From NCBI RefSeq assembly GCF_036321535.1, contig NC_087437.1, forward strand, positions 24,120,001-24,184,000: a stretch of 64,000 bases of DNA. The letters are read 5' to 3'. Numbering within the stretch: the first letter of the stretch is position 1; each line of letters begins with the position of its first letter. Source of the stretch: Camelus dromedarius (lineage: Eukaryota). Position numbers and translations under genes: made by a program. Of this stretch, positions 51,838 through 64,000 are shown one piece after another. A model generated the notes under the pieces. The model searched no databases. It saw only the letters and a list, made by a program, of their open reading frames with translations, and was not told the origin of the DNA.

Positions 51838-54800
51838 ACCTACTGTGTACAAGGAAATGCTAATAGCAAATTTAATGCTTTGGGGTTGAAAATATGCTTG
51901 TGAAACCATTTTCCGTTCAATCACTGTCAAATCACTTAAAATAGGGGGTAGAGGCATTGTTTCAGATATTTGGATCATGACATTCGGGAGGGTTAAATGC
52001 CTTGCTCTTCACAGCTGGTAAATGGCATTGCTTGCACAAGTGTTCTGACAACAAATCCTCCGGTTATTCTACTCCATCAGGCCACCTCCCTTTAGAGATA
52101 CGACGTATTTCCTTCTATCCATCTATTTGTCATTTGTGGGAGGGTTGAGGGCAGGATCCATAGGAAATTATTTTGGCAATCACACCTACCTACTCCTTTG
52201 TGACATCAGGGAAGTGACTTCACTTATTGCCTCCTGCCATCTTACCAGAGGAATAGCTGGGTGAAGGCACAGTTGTGGGGCAAGTTCTCCTTCAGCTTGT
52301 CCTGAATTAACCCAGAGGTGAAAATAGGTTGGACTCTTCTAGACACCCTAGGCAAAAGCATCCCCTTGAGCCAGAGGAGACAGTCAGGGAGACTGAGTCA
52401 GCACTGTCCAGCCTGCTCAGTTCTGCTGTTTCTAACAACCCCTTATTTCACAGACTCCCCTTTTTTCTCCCTAATCTAATTTGATAAATCAACAGCCATT
52501 TTTATCACTTAGATTAAATGAAACTCTAACAAAATTTAGTCTCAATGGCGAAATAGTCCAGTAAAATGAGTTGTAAGAGGGAAAAGATGGAAGATTTCTA
52601 CTCTAAGAACATTTTTTAAAATGTTTACTCTAATACTGATATAGTATAGAAGCAGTATATAAAATATTACTGCACAAAGAGAAATCTCTAGTTACAACGT
52701 ATTTTTCATAAAGATAAAAATCAAGCCAAATTGTACCTTTTATGTTCCATCCATAAATTTATGTTAGTGCTCTTAGACTCATTCAGGGTACTGAATGATG
52801 TGTTTTAATTGCACACAAAAGTACTGGAACAATCTTTTGTTTCTTTATTTACCTCTATGATAAAATGTCTTGGCAGACTTAGCCAGTAACATTTTCTGCT
52901 TTCTCAAGGAAAAAAATAATTTACCCACTTAAAGATATTAGGCTCGTGTGTATTGTTTTCCTCCATTTGGTTCCCTGATTCCCCTCTGAACACTTGAGCG
53001 CTTGCAATCAGGGCACAATGATACTCGCTAATAACAACTGAACCACTGCACCAGCCATAATGCTGTGCGGCTCCCAGATTCACCAGCGCTGAGCCCCAGC
53101 CAGTGGAACGGCATCCCAGAGCAGAGGCCGGCTCCTCGCCACAGCTCCATCTGTTCCTTGTCCCTCTGGGGCATCTGCTGTGAAGCAGCAGTCCTGCTGA
53201 GCACAAGTACACCCAAACTTGGGCCTCTTTCCCCTGAAACTCTCAGACCCTACAATTCTACTGTTTGAATTCAAATACTCAGACTCCAGTAGCCGTCGGA
53301 ACAAGGCTGGCGTTCACAGGAAAGAGTATTTTTGTTTTCACTAAGGAGATTTTCCCACTGACAGAAATAGTTTTTAAAAAAAGGTTAGTGTGATTTTTCT
53401 GTAAGAAAAAAAAATACATACATATAAATTTTTCTGATAGGTAGTAAAGAAATGGTATCTTTTTTATATAAAATAAAGATCATCTAATCCAAAGGTTGCC
53501 TCCCATTGGAGGAGTTTTGACACTTCACCAGTTGTTTTCTCTTTTAATGCTTTACCTTCATTCTCATGTTCAAGCGTGTCGTGTTTTATTGTTTCTGTAC
53601 ATGAATTAAAAATATTTGGCCATCAAGGATCAGGAGATAGCATGTTCCCCTAGAAATAATGAAGATCATTCAGTAAGTCACAAATCAGAATTTCTTAAGC
53701 AAATTAAATCATAAAGATAAAATATAATGTTCTTTTAGAAACAATAGAATCATCAGATTTCTGGTGGCTATTTTGATTCTTCGGGGCCAGCTCATATTGC
53801 ACCCAGGGTCAGCACTCGTGGGACTGAACTGTGATTGCTCGCTCCATCACCATTATAATCTCATGTAGTCCTTTAAAAATTTCAACAATATAATATAGGG
53901 GATGATGGGTGGGTGGGTGGGTGGAGGAATTTGGAAGGATTCATCTTTTTGCCTTGAAAAAAGAAATCCATCTTTGCTCTCTCCAGTCAATAGTTCTAAT
54001 GTTTTATTAGCCCAACACCTCTGCTCATCGCCTCCCACCTTTCCCAAGCATTATCCAACCAACTTGGTCATCCGGTCTATAAACTCTCTGAAGACAGTGA
54101 TCATCATGTATATCACCCAGCAGCGACTAATGCAGCAGCAGAGTGTGCAATAAATACCTGTGGAATAAATGAATGATTAAAAGCATAAATTACAGGATTT
54201 TCCACATGCCTAGACTAGATATTTACCTTAGGTATGCCTATTATATTAATGGCAAAATGTGGCTGAAGTATAATTTAACTCATTTTGTATAACGTGAGTT
54301 TCCAGTTGTTCTCTCACGGTAGCCTGGACCCTGCAAAGACAAACAGGTGTCTACACTGCGGTAAGAATAATCCCTGATTCACCTCTGGTTTTCTGCTCAC
54401 CTCATCTTTGATGGTTAGTCAGGCAGGTGAGCTCAGAGGCTCTATTTCACACCATGCTAGGCTGACTTAGTCCTGAGCTGCTGTGGACAGGGTTTGTTTT
54501 GTAAAAGGTATTAGTCCAGGGATAAAACAGAAATAAAGTATTGCAACATCTTCCTACTTAGTCTGTTCAAGCCCCTTCAGACTTCCTTTTACTCTAGGCT
54601 ATTTGTAATACCCATCACCGTGAGCAGATGTGCTAGAAACAACCCTTTCAGTCAGGAAAAAATCAGGTTCCTGACTCTCTTTCCTCTGTAGCATACCAGC
54701 TCTCAGAGATTTTTCTTGGGCATCACCGACTTACTTTCTGTTTTTATTTACCATCTTCCCTTTTAATAGGAGAAATCAAGTATAAAGCTCAGGGTTTATA

Positions 54801-55352
54801 TTAACTTCATCATTACCTCTCAGAAGAGTTGGTGGATCTGTTCACTAAGATATCAAGGGACCAGGAGCATCTTAGGGGGCAAGACATAGTGTTAATTACT
54901 GGCACGTACTTTCTGTTCCCTTTGTTATACCCGTATCTGGTGCCTGACAAGCACCTCCACCAGGGCCTGGAGGAGCTCTTGTCATTCAGAATTTGGCTGA
55001 AATTAGCATCTGTGTAGTCAGAAGAGCCTTTCAGCAGCAGAGAGGCTCTTTGTGTGCGCAGTCTCCTGCCTGGGGCAGGTTGGCATGGCCAGCCAGCTGT
55101 GGTGGCCTGTGGGCATCAGCCAGGTAAGGCCACATATTGGCGAGGACCTAAGTTCCCGCAGCTGCTCAGGAGGTGGATACAGCTCGGATCTGAGACACAG
55201 AGGGTTTGAGGAATGTGGAGCAGGGCAGCGTTATTGAAGATAACAGTCCCTCACAGATAACCCAGCCCTCTCCAGGCAGCTTGATTAAACAGTGCATTTT
55301 ATATCTACATCATTCTTTTTTTTGTTTTAAAGCACTGGTGAGATCTCGCTCT

Positions 55353-55359
55353 ACACACA

Positions 55360-55392
<33 letters not shown>
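55353..55392. repeat. (CA)n microsatellite
   Basis: Direct inspection; one interruption. Confidence 0.9.
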
Positions 55393-55393
<1 letters not shown>

Positions 55394-56688
55394 AAACAGA
55401 GAAGTGACTATGCAAAGCTACAGAGCAGCAACTCTTTTTTTCTCTGAAATGGGGAAGCAAAGCTTTAAATCATTGCAAATCTTCCTACTTCCTCTTTTTT
55501 TCATTTGTTTTCAGTTTAAATTTGGACAGAATATCCATGGCAGTGAGGGAAGTGTGATTGGAGAGTACAAGTCAGGCTTTCTCCTCTGAATCGTCACAGC
55601 CCTGCAGAAACCTCTATTTGTGTGTTCTGAAAATGAAGAGATACGAATTGTATGTTCAAATAATACAGCAGTAAAACCAAGACTCAAGGGTTGTTATCGC
55701 AAACGTAATTTGGGATTGCAGAGCAACTAAGGTACTGAGTGTCTCCATTTTAATTACCAGAGTTGGCAGAGGAATCCAATTATGTGTCTGTGTCCCCAAC
55801 ATAACCCTTTCTGTCTTTGTTCGCTGCTCCTCTATTCTGAGCATGTTTTGATCACCTTTGTTTATTTATTTGTTTGTTGGTTGTGTTTTGTTTTCTACTA
55901 TGCAAGCCTCCTGCTCTAATTGGAGGGAGATTTTTGAAGGTCTTATTCTCATCAAAGAATTCCTCATCTTCCTCTTGCAAGCATGAAATGTTTCATGTTA
56001 AGAATATTTTTTCCTTTTATCATTCCCTCGTGGAATCGAGGCAGTGAGGATGACTGGCTTCCCATATGTGCCAGACCGTTGTTTGAACGAGATGGTGACA
56101 GGCATGGGTCGCACAAATTATTCCGAGCTTCTGATATCACTGGAAATTTCAGTCTAGGGGTAATATTTCCTTCCATATGAATTCTTAGTTCAATGCCAAG
56201 AAAGGATCCTTAGGTTTTCTGCTTCTGAACATATTTTCACACCCTAGGATCCCTAAGATCCCAGGGCTGAGTGAAAATAAAGCGAACTTTTCAATTCATG
56301 TGATCACTGTCCTTGGTAGTTGGGTTGAAACATCATCTGGCAGAGACAGCGGACTTCCCTTCTACCCTCTGTTATCCCTGGAATCCACAACTGTCATTTC
56401 TGTTCCTGGCTGCCACTGCCTACGTCAGCCCTCATGGTTCTTCCCTAAATCTTTTAATAATTACCTGACTAGTCTCTCTCTTTCCCATCTGTCCTTGCTT
56501 TCTCCCTCACTTTGATTTCCCCCACAAACATATGCATGACAGTCTCACTTTTCTGCTCAAAAATTTCATGAAGTTTCTGTCTGCCTATAAACTTTGATTC
56601 ACTCTCCCCATCTGACATTCAAAACCTTCTCTGACATGGCAGCCACCTAACCTTTCTGTCTACACTTTATAGTCCACACTTTCATCAA

Positions 56689-56801
56689 GGCAGAGGCTAG
56701 TATAGCTCAGTGGTAGAGCACATGCCTAGCATGCATGAGGTTCTGGGTTCAATCCACAGTACCTCCATAGAAAAAAAAAAAACAATAAATTATTTTTAAA
56801 A
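56689..56801 (+). mobile_element. tRNA-Ala-derived SINE (Vic-1 type)
   Basis: GTATAGCTCAGTGGTAGAGCACATGCCTAGCATGCATGAGGTTCTGGGTTCAATCC plus A tail; TSD ACACTTT(C/A)ATCAA. Confidence 0.9.
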
Positions 56802-56863
56802 ACACTTTAATCAAACTACATTACTTTTTAAAAAGAAGAATCTATTTAATAAGTAGTATTTTA

Positions 56864-59721
56864 TTTTATTTATTTTTTTAAACATTTTTTATTAAGTTAT
56901 AGTCACTTTACAATGTTGTGTCAAATTCCAGTGTAGAGCACAATTTTTCAGTTATACATGAACATACATATGTTCATTGTCACATTCTCTTTCGCTGTGA
57001 GCCACCACAAGATCCTGTATATATTCCCTGTGCTACACAGTACAATCTTGTTTATCTATTCTACATTTTGAAATCCCAGTCTATCCCTTCCCATCCCCTG
57101 TCCCCCTGGCAACCACAAATTTGTATTCTATGTCTATGAGTCTATTTCTGTTTTGTATTTATGTGTTTTTTTTTTTTTAGATTCCGCATATAAGTGATCT
57201 CATATGGTATTTTTCTTTTTCTTTCTTGCTTGCTTCACTTAGAATGACATTCTCCAGGAACATCCATGTTGTTGCAAATGGCATTATGTTGTTAATTTTT
57301 ATGGCTGAATAGTATTCCATTGTATAAATATACCACTACTTCTTTATCCAATCACCTGTTGATGGACATTTAGGCTGTTTCCATGTTTTGGCTATTGTAA
57401 ATAGTGCTGCTATGAACATTTGGGTGCAGGTGTCATCCTGAAGTAGATTTCCTTCTGGATACAAGCCCAGGAGTGGGATTCCTGGGTCATATGGTAAGTC
57501 TATTCCTAGTCTTTTGAGGAATCTCCACACTGTTTTCCATAGTGGCTGCACCAAACTGCATTCCCACCAGCAGTGTAGGAGGGTTCCCCTTTCTCCACAG
57601 CCTCTCCATCATTTGTCATTTGTGGATTTTTGAATGACGGCCATTCTGATTGGTGTGAGGCGATACCTCATTGTAGTTTTGATTTGCATTTCTCTGATAA
57701 TTAGTGATACTGAGCATTTTTTCATGTGCTTTTTGATCATTCGTATGTCTTTCTTGGAGAATTGCTTGTTTAGGTCTTCTGCCCATTTTTGGATTGGGTT
57801 GTTTATTTTTTTCTTATTGAGTCGTATGAGCTGCTTATATATTCTGGAGATCAAGCCTTTGTCGGTTTCACTTGCAAAAATTTTCTCCCATTCCGTAGGT
57901 TGTCGTTTTGTTTAACTTAGGGTTTCCTTTGCTGTGCAGAAGATTGTAAGTTTAATTAGGCCCCATTTGTTTATCCCTGCTTTTATTTCTATTGCTTAGG
58001 TATACTGCCCTAGCAGAGCATTTTTGAGATGTATGTCAGATAATGTTTTGCCTATATTTTCTTCTAGGAGGTTTATTGTATCTTGTCTTATGTTTAAGTC
58101 TTTGATCCATTTTGAGTTGATTTTTGTGTATGGTGTAAGGGAGTGTTCTAGCTTCATTGCTTTACATGCTGCTGTCCAGTTTTTCCAACACCACTGGCTG
58201 AAGAGACTGTCTTTATTCCATTGTATATTCTTGCCTCCTTTGTCGAAGATGAGTTGACCAAAGTTTATGGGTTAATTTCTGGGCTCTCTATTCTGTTCCA
58301 TTGGTCCATATGTCTGTTTTTGTATCAATACCATGCTGTCTTGATTACTGTAGCCCTGTAGTATTGTCTGAAGTCTGGGAGAGTTATTCCTCCAGCCTCT
58401 TTTTTTTTTCTTAAGTAATGCTTTGGCAATTCTAAAATGGATAACCTAGAGGAGATGGACAAGTTTTTGGAAATATACAGTCCACCAAGACTGAATCAAA
58501 AAGAAACTGACCACTTGAACAAACCAATCACTAGACATGAAATCGAATTAGCAATAAAAAAACCTCCCTACAAATAAAAGTCCATGACCGGACGGCTTCA
58601 CCAGGGAATTCTACCAAACATACAAAGAAGAACTCATACCAGTCCTTCTCAAATTCTTCCAGAAGATTGAAAAAGAGGCAGTACTCCCAAACTCATTCTA
58701 TGAAGCCACCATCACCCTGATACCAAAACCAGGCAAAGACACCACCAAAAAAGAGAATTACAGACCAATATCACTGATGAACATAGATGCAAAAATCCTT
58801 ACCAAAATACTAGCAAATAGAATCCAATAGCATATAAAAAATATTATACATCATGATCAAGTGAGGTTCATCCCGGGGACACAAGGATGGTTCAACATAC
58901 ACAAATCAGTCAATGTAATACATCACATCAACAAGAGAAAGGACAAAAATCACATGAATCTCACAATAGATGCAGAAAAAGCTTTTGATAAAATTCAACA
59001 CCCATTTATGATAAAAACTCTCACCAAAGTGGGTGTAGAGGGAACATATCTCAACATAATAAAAGCTATATATGACAAACCTACAGCAAGCATAGTACTC
59101 AATGGTGAAAAACTCAAAAGCTTCCCACTAAAATCTGGGACAAGACAAGGCTGCCCACTATCACCACTCCTATTCAACATAGTCTTGGAAGTGCTACCAC
59201 AGCAATCAGGCAAGAGAGAAATAAAAGGGATCCAAACTGGAAAAGAAGAGGTAAAAGTGTCACTATATGCAGATGATATGATACTATATATAGAAAACCC
59301 TAAAAGGTCCACACAAAAACTACTAGAAATAATCGAAGAATTCACCAAGGTGGCAGGTTACAAGATTAACGTTCAAAAATCAGTTGCATTTCTTTACACT
59401 AATGATGAATCAACAGAAAAAGAAAGTAAAGAAACAATCCCCTTTAAAATAGCACCCAGAGTAACAAAATACCTAGGAATAAATCTAACCAAGGAGGTGA
59501 AAGACTTATACATGGAAAACTATAAACCATTGATTAAAGAAATTAAAGAAGACTTAAAAAAATGGAAAGACATCCCATGCTCCTGGATTGGAAGAATCAA
59601 TATTGTTAAAATGGTCATACTGCCCAAGACAATCTGCAGATTTAATACATTCCCTATCAAATGACCCAGGACATATTTCACAGAACTAGAACAAATCATA
59701 ATAAAATTTATATGGAACCAC
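56864..59721 (-). mobile_element. Young L1 with twin-priming 5' inversion
   Basis: Minus arm 56864-58434 (3'UTR plus ORF2 C-terminus) and plus arm ~58434-59721 (RT domain). Perfect 16-bp TSD AATAAGTAGTATTTTA at 56848-56863 and 59722-59737. Confidence 0.95.
58861..59664 (+). pseudogene. L1 ORF2 reverse transcriptase fragment (non-functional)
   Basis: 267-aa ORF with [32 protein letters not shown] and [10 protein letters not shown]. Truncated, with upstream stops. Confidence 0.95.
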
Positions 59722-59904
59722 AATAAGTAGTATTTTAATATAAAATTTTCAACTATGTTATTTTGAGGTTACAACATTAAACTTTATTGTAGGGTCCCCA
59801 CAGATGGGATCACCTTTATAAAAATCCTGAAGTATCTAAATAAACTTTTTAAATGCATGGCCTTAAAGGGTTTTTTCTTATGAAAAATTTCCTCCCTCTT
59901 CCCT

Positions 59905-60755
59905 TATTTAATTTATTTTTTAACTGAGTTATACTTAACATACATTTTAAACTCATTGTATCAGTTTTAGGTGTACAACATTAATGATTTGGTATTTTTA
60001 TGCATTATGAAATGTTCACCACATTAAGTCCATTTATCACTCATCACCATACAAAGTTGTTACAGTGTAACTGACTATGTTCCCTATGTATACATTACAT
60101 CTCTGTGACTTATTTTATAGCAGAAATTTGTACCTCTTAATCCCCTTTACCTATGTCCCACCCCCATCCTCTCTGGCAACCACCTGTTTGTTCTCTGTAT
60201 CTGAGAATCTGTTTCTGTTCTGTTTTGTTTATTCATTCATTTTGCTTTTTAGATTCCACATATAAGTGAAATCACACAATACTTGTCTTTCTCTGTCAGA
60301 CTTATTTCACTTAGCATAGGTTCATCTGTGTTGTTATGTATGGCAAGATTTTATTCTTTCTTATGGCTGAGTAATGTTGCATCATGTATATATGGTACAT
60401 ATTCTTTATCCATTCATTTAGAGATAGACATTTACACTGATTCCATGTCTTGGATATTGTAAATAGTGTGGTGAAGAACATAGGACTGCATATACCTTCT
60501 CAAATTAGTGTTTTCATTTTCTTCTAGATAAATACTCAGAAGTGGAACTGCTGAGTTCTATGGTAGTTCTGTTTTTAGTTTTTTGAAGAACTTTCATACA
60601 GTTTTTCATAGTGGCTGCACCAATTTGCATTCCCACCAGCAGTACACAGGGGTTCCACTTTCTCCACATCCTCGCCAACACTTGCTGTTTCTTATCTTTT
60701 TGATGAGAGCCATTCTGACAGATGTGAGGTGGTACCTCATTGTGGTTTTGATTTT
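59905..60755 (-). mobile_element. Older L1 3' fragment
   Basis: L1 3'UTR and ORF2-end motifs (TTCCACATATAAGTGAAATCA, GGCTGCACCAATTTGCATTCCCACCAGCAG). Confidence 0.85.
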
Positions 60756-60779
60756 CCTTTTATGTTTTCAGGTCTTATA

Positions 60780-62072
60780 TTTTTCTTTTTTTTAATTGAA
60801 GTATGCTCAGTTACATTGTGTCAATTTCTGGTGTGCAGCATAATGTCGCAGTCATGTATATGCGTATATTCACTTTCATACTATTTTCCATTAAATGTTA
60901 TTATAAGATATTGAATCTAGTTACTTGTGCTACACACTTTTTTTTTTTAGATTTCATATATGAGTGATATCATTTGGTATTTTTCTTTCTCTTTCTAGCT
61001 TACTTCACTTAGAATAATGATCTCTAGGTCCAATCATGTTGATGCAAATGACATTATTTCATTCTCTTTTATGGCTGAGTAGTATTCTATTGTATAAATA
61101 TACCACAACTTCTTTATCGAGTTATCTGTCGATGAACATTTAGGTTACTTCCATGTCTTAGCTCTTGTATATAGTGCTGCTACGAACATTGGGGTGCATA
61201 TATCTTTTCAAATTAGAGTTCCCTCCAGATATATACCCAGGAGTGGGATTGCTGGATCATATGGTAAGTCTATTCTTAGTTTTTGAGGAATCTCCATACT
61301 GTTTTCCATAATGGCTGCACCACCAAACTGCATTCCCACCAGCAGTGAAGGAGGGTTCCCTTTTCTCCACACCCTCTCCAACATTTATCATTTGTGGACT
61401 TTTGAATGATGGCCATTCTGACTGGTGTGAGGTGATATCTCATTGTAGTTTTGATTTGCATTTCTCTGATAATTAGCAATATTGAGCATTTTTTCACATG
61501 CCTGTTTGCCATTTGTATGTCTTCATTGGAGAAATGCTTGTTTAGGTCTTCTGTCCATTTTTGGATTGGGCTGTTTGGGTTTTTTTTTTTATTAAGTTGT
61601 ATGAGATGTTTATATATTCTTGAAATTAAACCTTTGATAGTCTTACCATTTGCAAATATTTTCTCCCATTTCATAGGTTGTCATTTTGTTTTACACATGG
61701 TTTCCTTTGCTGTGCAAAAGCTTGTAAGTGTAATTTGGTCTAATTTGTTAATTTTTGCTTTTATTTCTATTTTCTGGGTAGACTAGCCTAGAAGAACATT
61801 GCTAAGATTTATGTTAGAGAATGTTTTGCATGTTTTCTTCTAGGAGGTTTATCGTGTCTTGTCTTATACTTAAGTCTTTGATCCATTTTGAATTTATTTT
61901 TTGCATATGGTATGAGGGAGTGTTCTAACTTCATTGATTTAAACACTGCTGGCCAGTTTTCCCAGCACAAGTTGCTGAAGAGACTGCCTTTTCTTCATTG
62001 TATACTGTTGCCTCTTTTGTCAAAGATTAATTGACCATAGGTCTGTGGGTTTATTTCTGGGCTCTCTATGCT
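60780..62072 (-). mobile_element. 5'-truncated L1
   Basis: ORF 61276-61674 matches the ORF2 C-terminus ([23 protein letters not shown]). Confidence 0.9.
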
Positions 62073-62940
62073 GAGAACAGGATTTCTTGAAGCGAAGAAG
62101 TTTGTAGGAGTAAAAAAGCTCTCAGGATCTCCCTCCTTGCAGGTACCTTTTAAGGCATATTAGGATTTTAAAAATCCTTGGAGAGTTTAGGAGAAACTGG
62201 GGTCAAGATGGAGAAACTGACTTCTTCCTGCTTGGCTGCATGTTGATGGGCTCAGAAAGCAACAGATGGGGCTCCTGCCATTCCCAGTGTGGAGAGTGTT
62301 GTGATGTCTTAGGAGAGTTTAGCCTCTTGCTCCATAGAGTTTTGGTAGCAAAGAAAGTGCAGCCTGGCTCTCACACTGAAAGTTCTGAAGCTGGGGGGAT
62401 GCCTGGAGCATCCCCACGTTGGTGAGGGGAAGAGAAGAAAAGTCACAGTAGAAGCTAAAATTCTACATTTTGACAAGCAAAGGAGGTTAACTTTCCCTTG
62501 AGTCAAGTGGATACTGCAGAAGATAGGTAGGCTGAAGTCATATTGAAAGTACTCCTCACCCCAATTAAAAAAGGCTACTGGCCATGGCAAGCGATGACCT
62601 GGAGTGATGTACTGCTGGATGCACTAGCTGAGAATAAAATAGAAAGGTCAGGTCAGGATGGCCACATTCCCACCAGAGATACACTAGTGGAGGCTACCAT
62701 GGGTGGGTAGAGAGGGTGCTTCATAAAAAAATCCAATAGTATATTTCATAAAAGTTCAATTTGGGATGTCTGCCATGACAAAGAACAATGACCAGCCAGT
62801 GCTAGCTAAGAAAGAATTCCTAATAATTGTACTTAGTAAAAAGTCCTTTTCTCACTTCTCCTCTAAACCCTCTTCTTGATGCTTTAGTTCTTAGAAGAAC
62901 CAAGAAGATGATGGGGAAGAGAGGAAGGGTAAGATGAAGG

Positions 62941-63112
62941 CAGAGGTGGATTTACCTTGAAGCTCATGAAACTCCAACTTCAGAGCCCCTCATTGGCACA
63001 GGCCTCCTTAGGAGGCCATGGATCAATTTTTTATTCATTATTTGTATTATTTTTTTCATAAGGGGGTTGCCTCCTCCAAATTTTAAATGTTTTAGACTCT
63101 ACAAAACCTGGG
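62941..63112. mobile_element. MER53-like hAT MITE
   Basis: CAGAGGTGGATTTACCTTGAAGCTCATGAA...CCCCTCA...ACAAAACCTGG resembles the recalled consensus. Confidence 0.55.
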
Positions 63113-64000
63113 TAGGAAAAAAAAGGTCAAAAATAGATAAATGCTTGTTATTTTCCTTGTTGCTGCTTGCCTGGCCATGGGGTAGACTAGGCTGGGGTGG
63201 TGTTTAAAGGGAAGGAGAAATTACTATTTTGATATAGAATGAGTTGGACTTTTTCCCCTGAAATTAAGACACTTCTAGTACCTGAAATTACTGGAAATCT
63301 CTGGGGTATGCTTGAGGTGCAGTCAAGAAACAAGGGACAGGAGCTGTGAGAGAGAATTGGAAGTTTGTGAGTGGAGGGGAAGATAAGCTGCTTCCATTGT
63401 ACCCTAGCAAGTCTAACTCATTGAATATTTGTGTTTTGTTAAGAAGGAAATACCGATACCAGTTTTGTGGTGATTCTTAAATGTAATTTGAAAGGAAGCC
63501 AACTTACCACCTCTCTTTGCATTTCCATGTTTCATATTTGGATTAAATTTCTTATCCTTAAAGTCAAGATTTTTGAATGGTAGAAGAGAAAATGGTTTGA
63601 ATGTTCCACACACACACCCGTGCACAAATACTAATGGAGATGTGCACACAAACACACAGAAATATCTCCAACTAATGTTTGTGTGGTGAATCTATAGTAT
63701 AGCCTTGTGCTCATCTCATGGAAGTCATTAAATAGGTGAGAATTTTATATTTTTGCCTCATATTAAAAATAATATAACTGAAACAATCATACCTAAATAA
63801 ATGACATATTCTGTTACCTCAAAAATGCTCATTTTGCCTATGAAACTTTTCTACTTCTACATACAAATAGATACTGTTGGTGTGTTTATCATCTGATAGA
63901 AAATAGCTGAATTTAGTTTATGGCTAAATGAAAAGACAAGGAACGTTCTCTAAGTACAGGGAAATAAAACAACAGGTTGTGATACTAGTTGCAGTAGAAC

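Noticed and set aside
58861..59664. Novel or domesticated reverse transcriptase gene
   Set aside because: Ordinary truncated L1 ORF2 fragment in an inverted insertion, lacking the endonuclease domain and a promoter.
1..64000. CRISPR arrays, operons or other prokaryotic systems
   Set aside because: No regularly spaced direct repeats or dense ORF structure; the repeat content is clearly eutherian.

Overview
AT-rich mammalian genomic DNA, most likely camelid. The basis is three tRNA-Ala-derived SINEs of the camelid Vic-1 type plus young L1 copies. No intact host protein-coding gene, RNA gene or prokaryotic-type system is supported, and nearly all long ORFs in the track come from L1 ORF2 or chance. 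Much of the window is transposon-derived: young and old L1 (two with twin-priming 5' inversions), L2, MIR, MaLR/MLT1, MER21 and ERV1-type solo LTRs, DNA-transposon MITEs and microsatellites, often nested with visible target-site duplications (TSDs). The most interesting signal is in the non-repetitive DNA from about 7.6 to 29.5 kb. Several minus-strand segments there have splice acceptors/donors and stop-poor, protein-like frames, and one frame resumes across an L1 insertion. This suggests a decayed multi-exon gene (candidate unitary pseudogene) whose family I could not identify. A polyadenylated 3'UTR-like fragment is also embedded in an LTR at about 15.9-16.3 kb. Repeat family names come from recalled consensus motifs, not from a database search.
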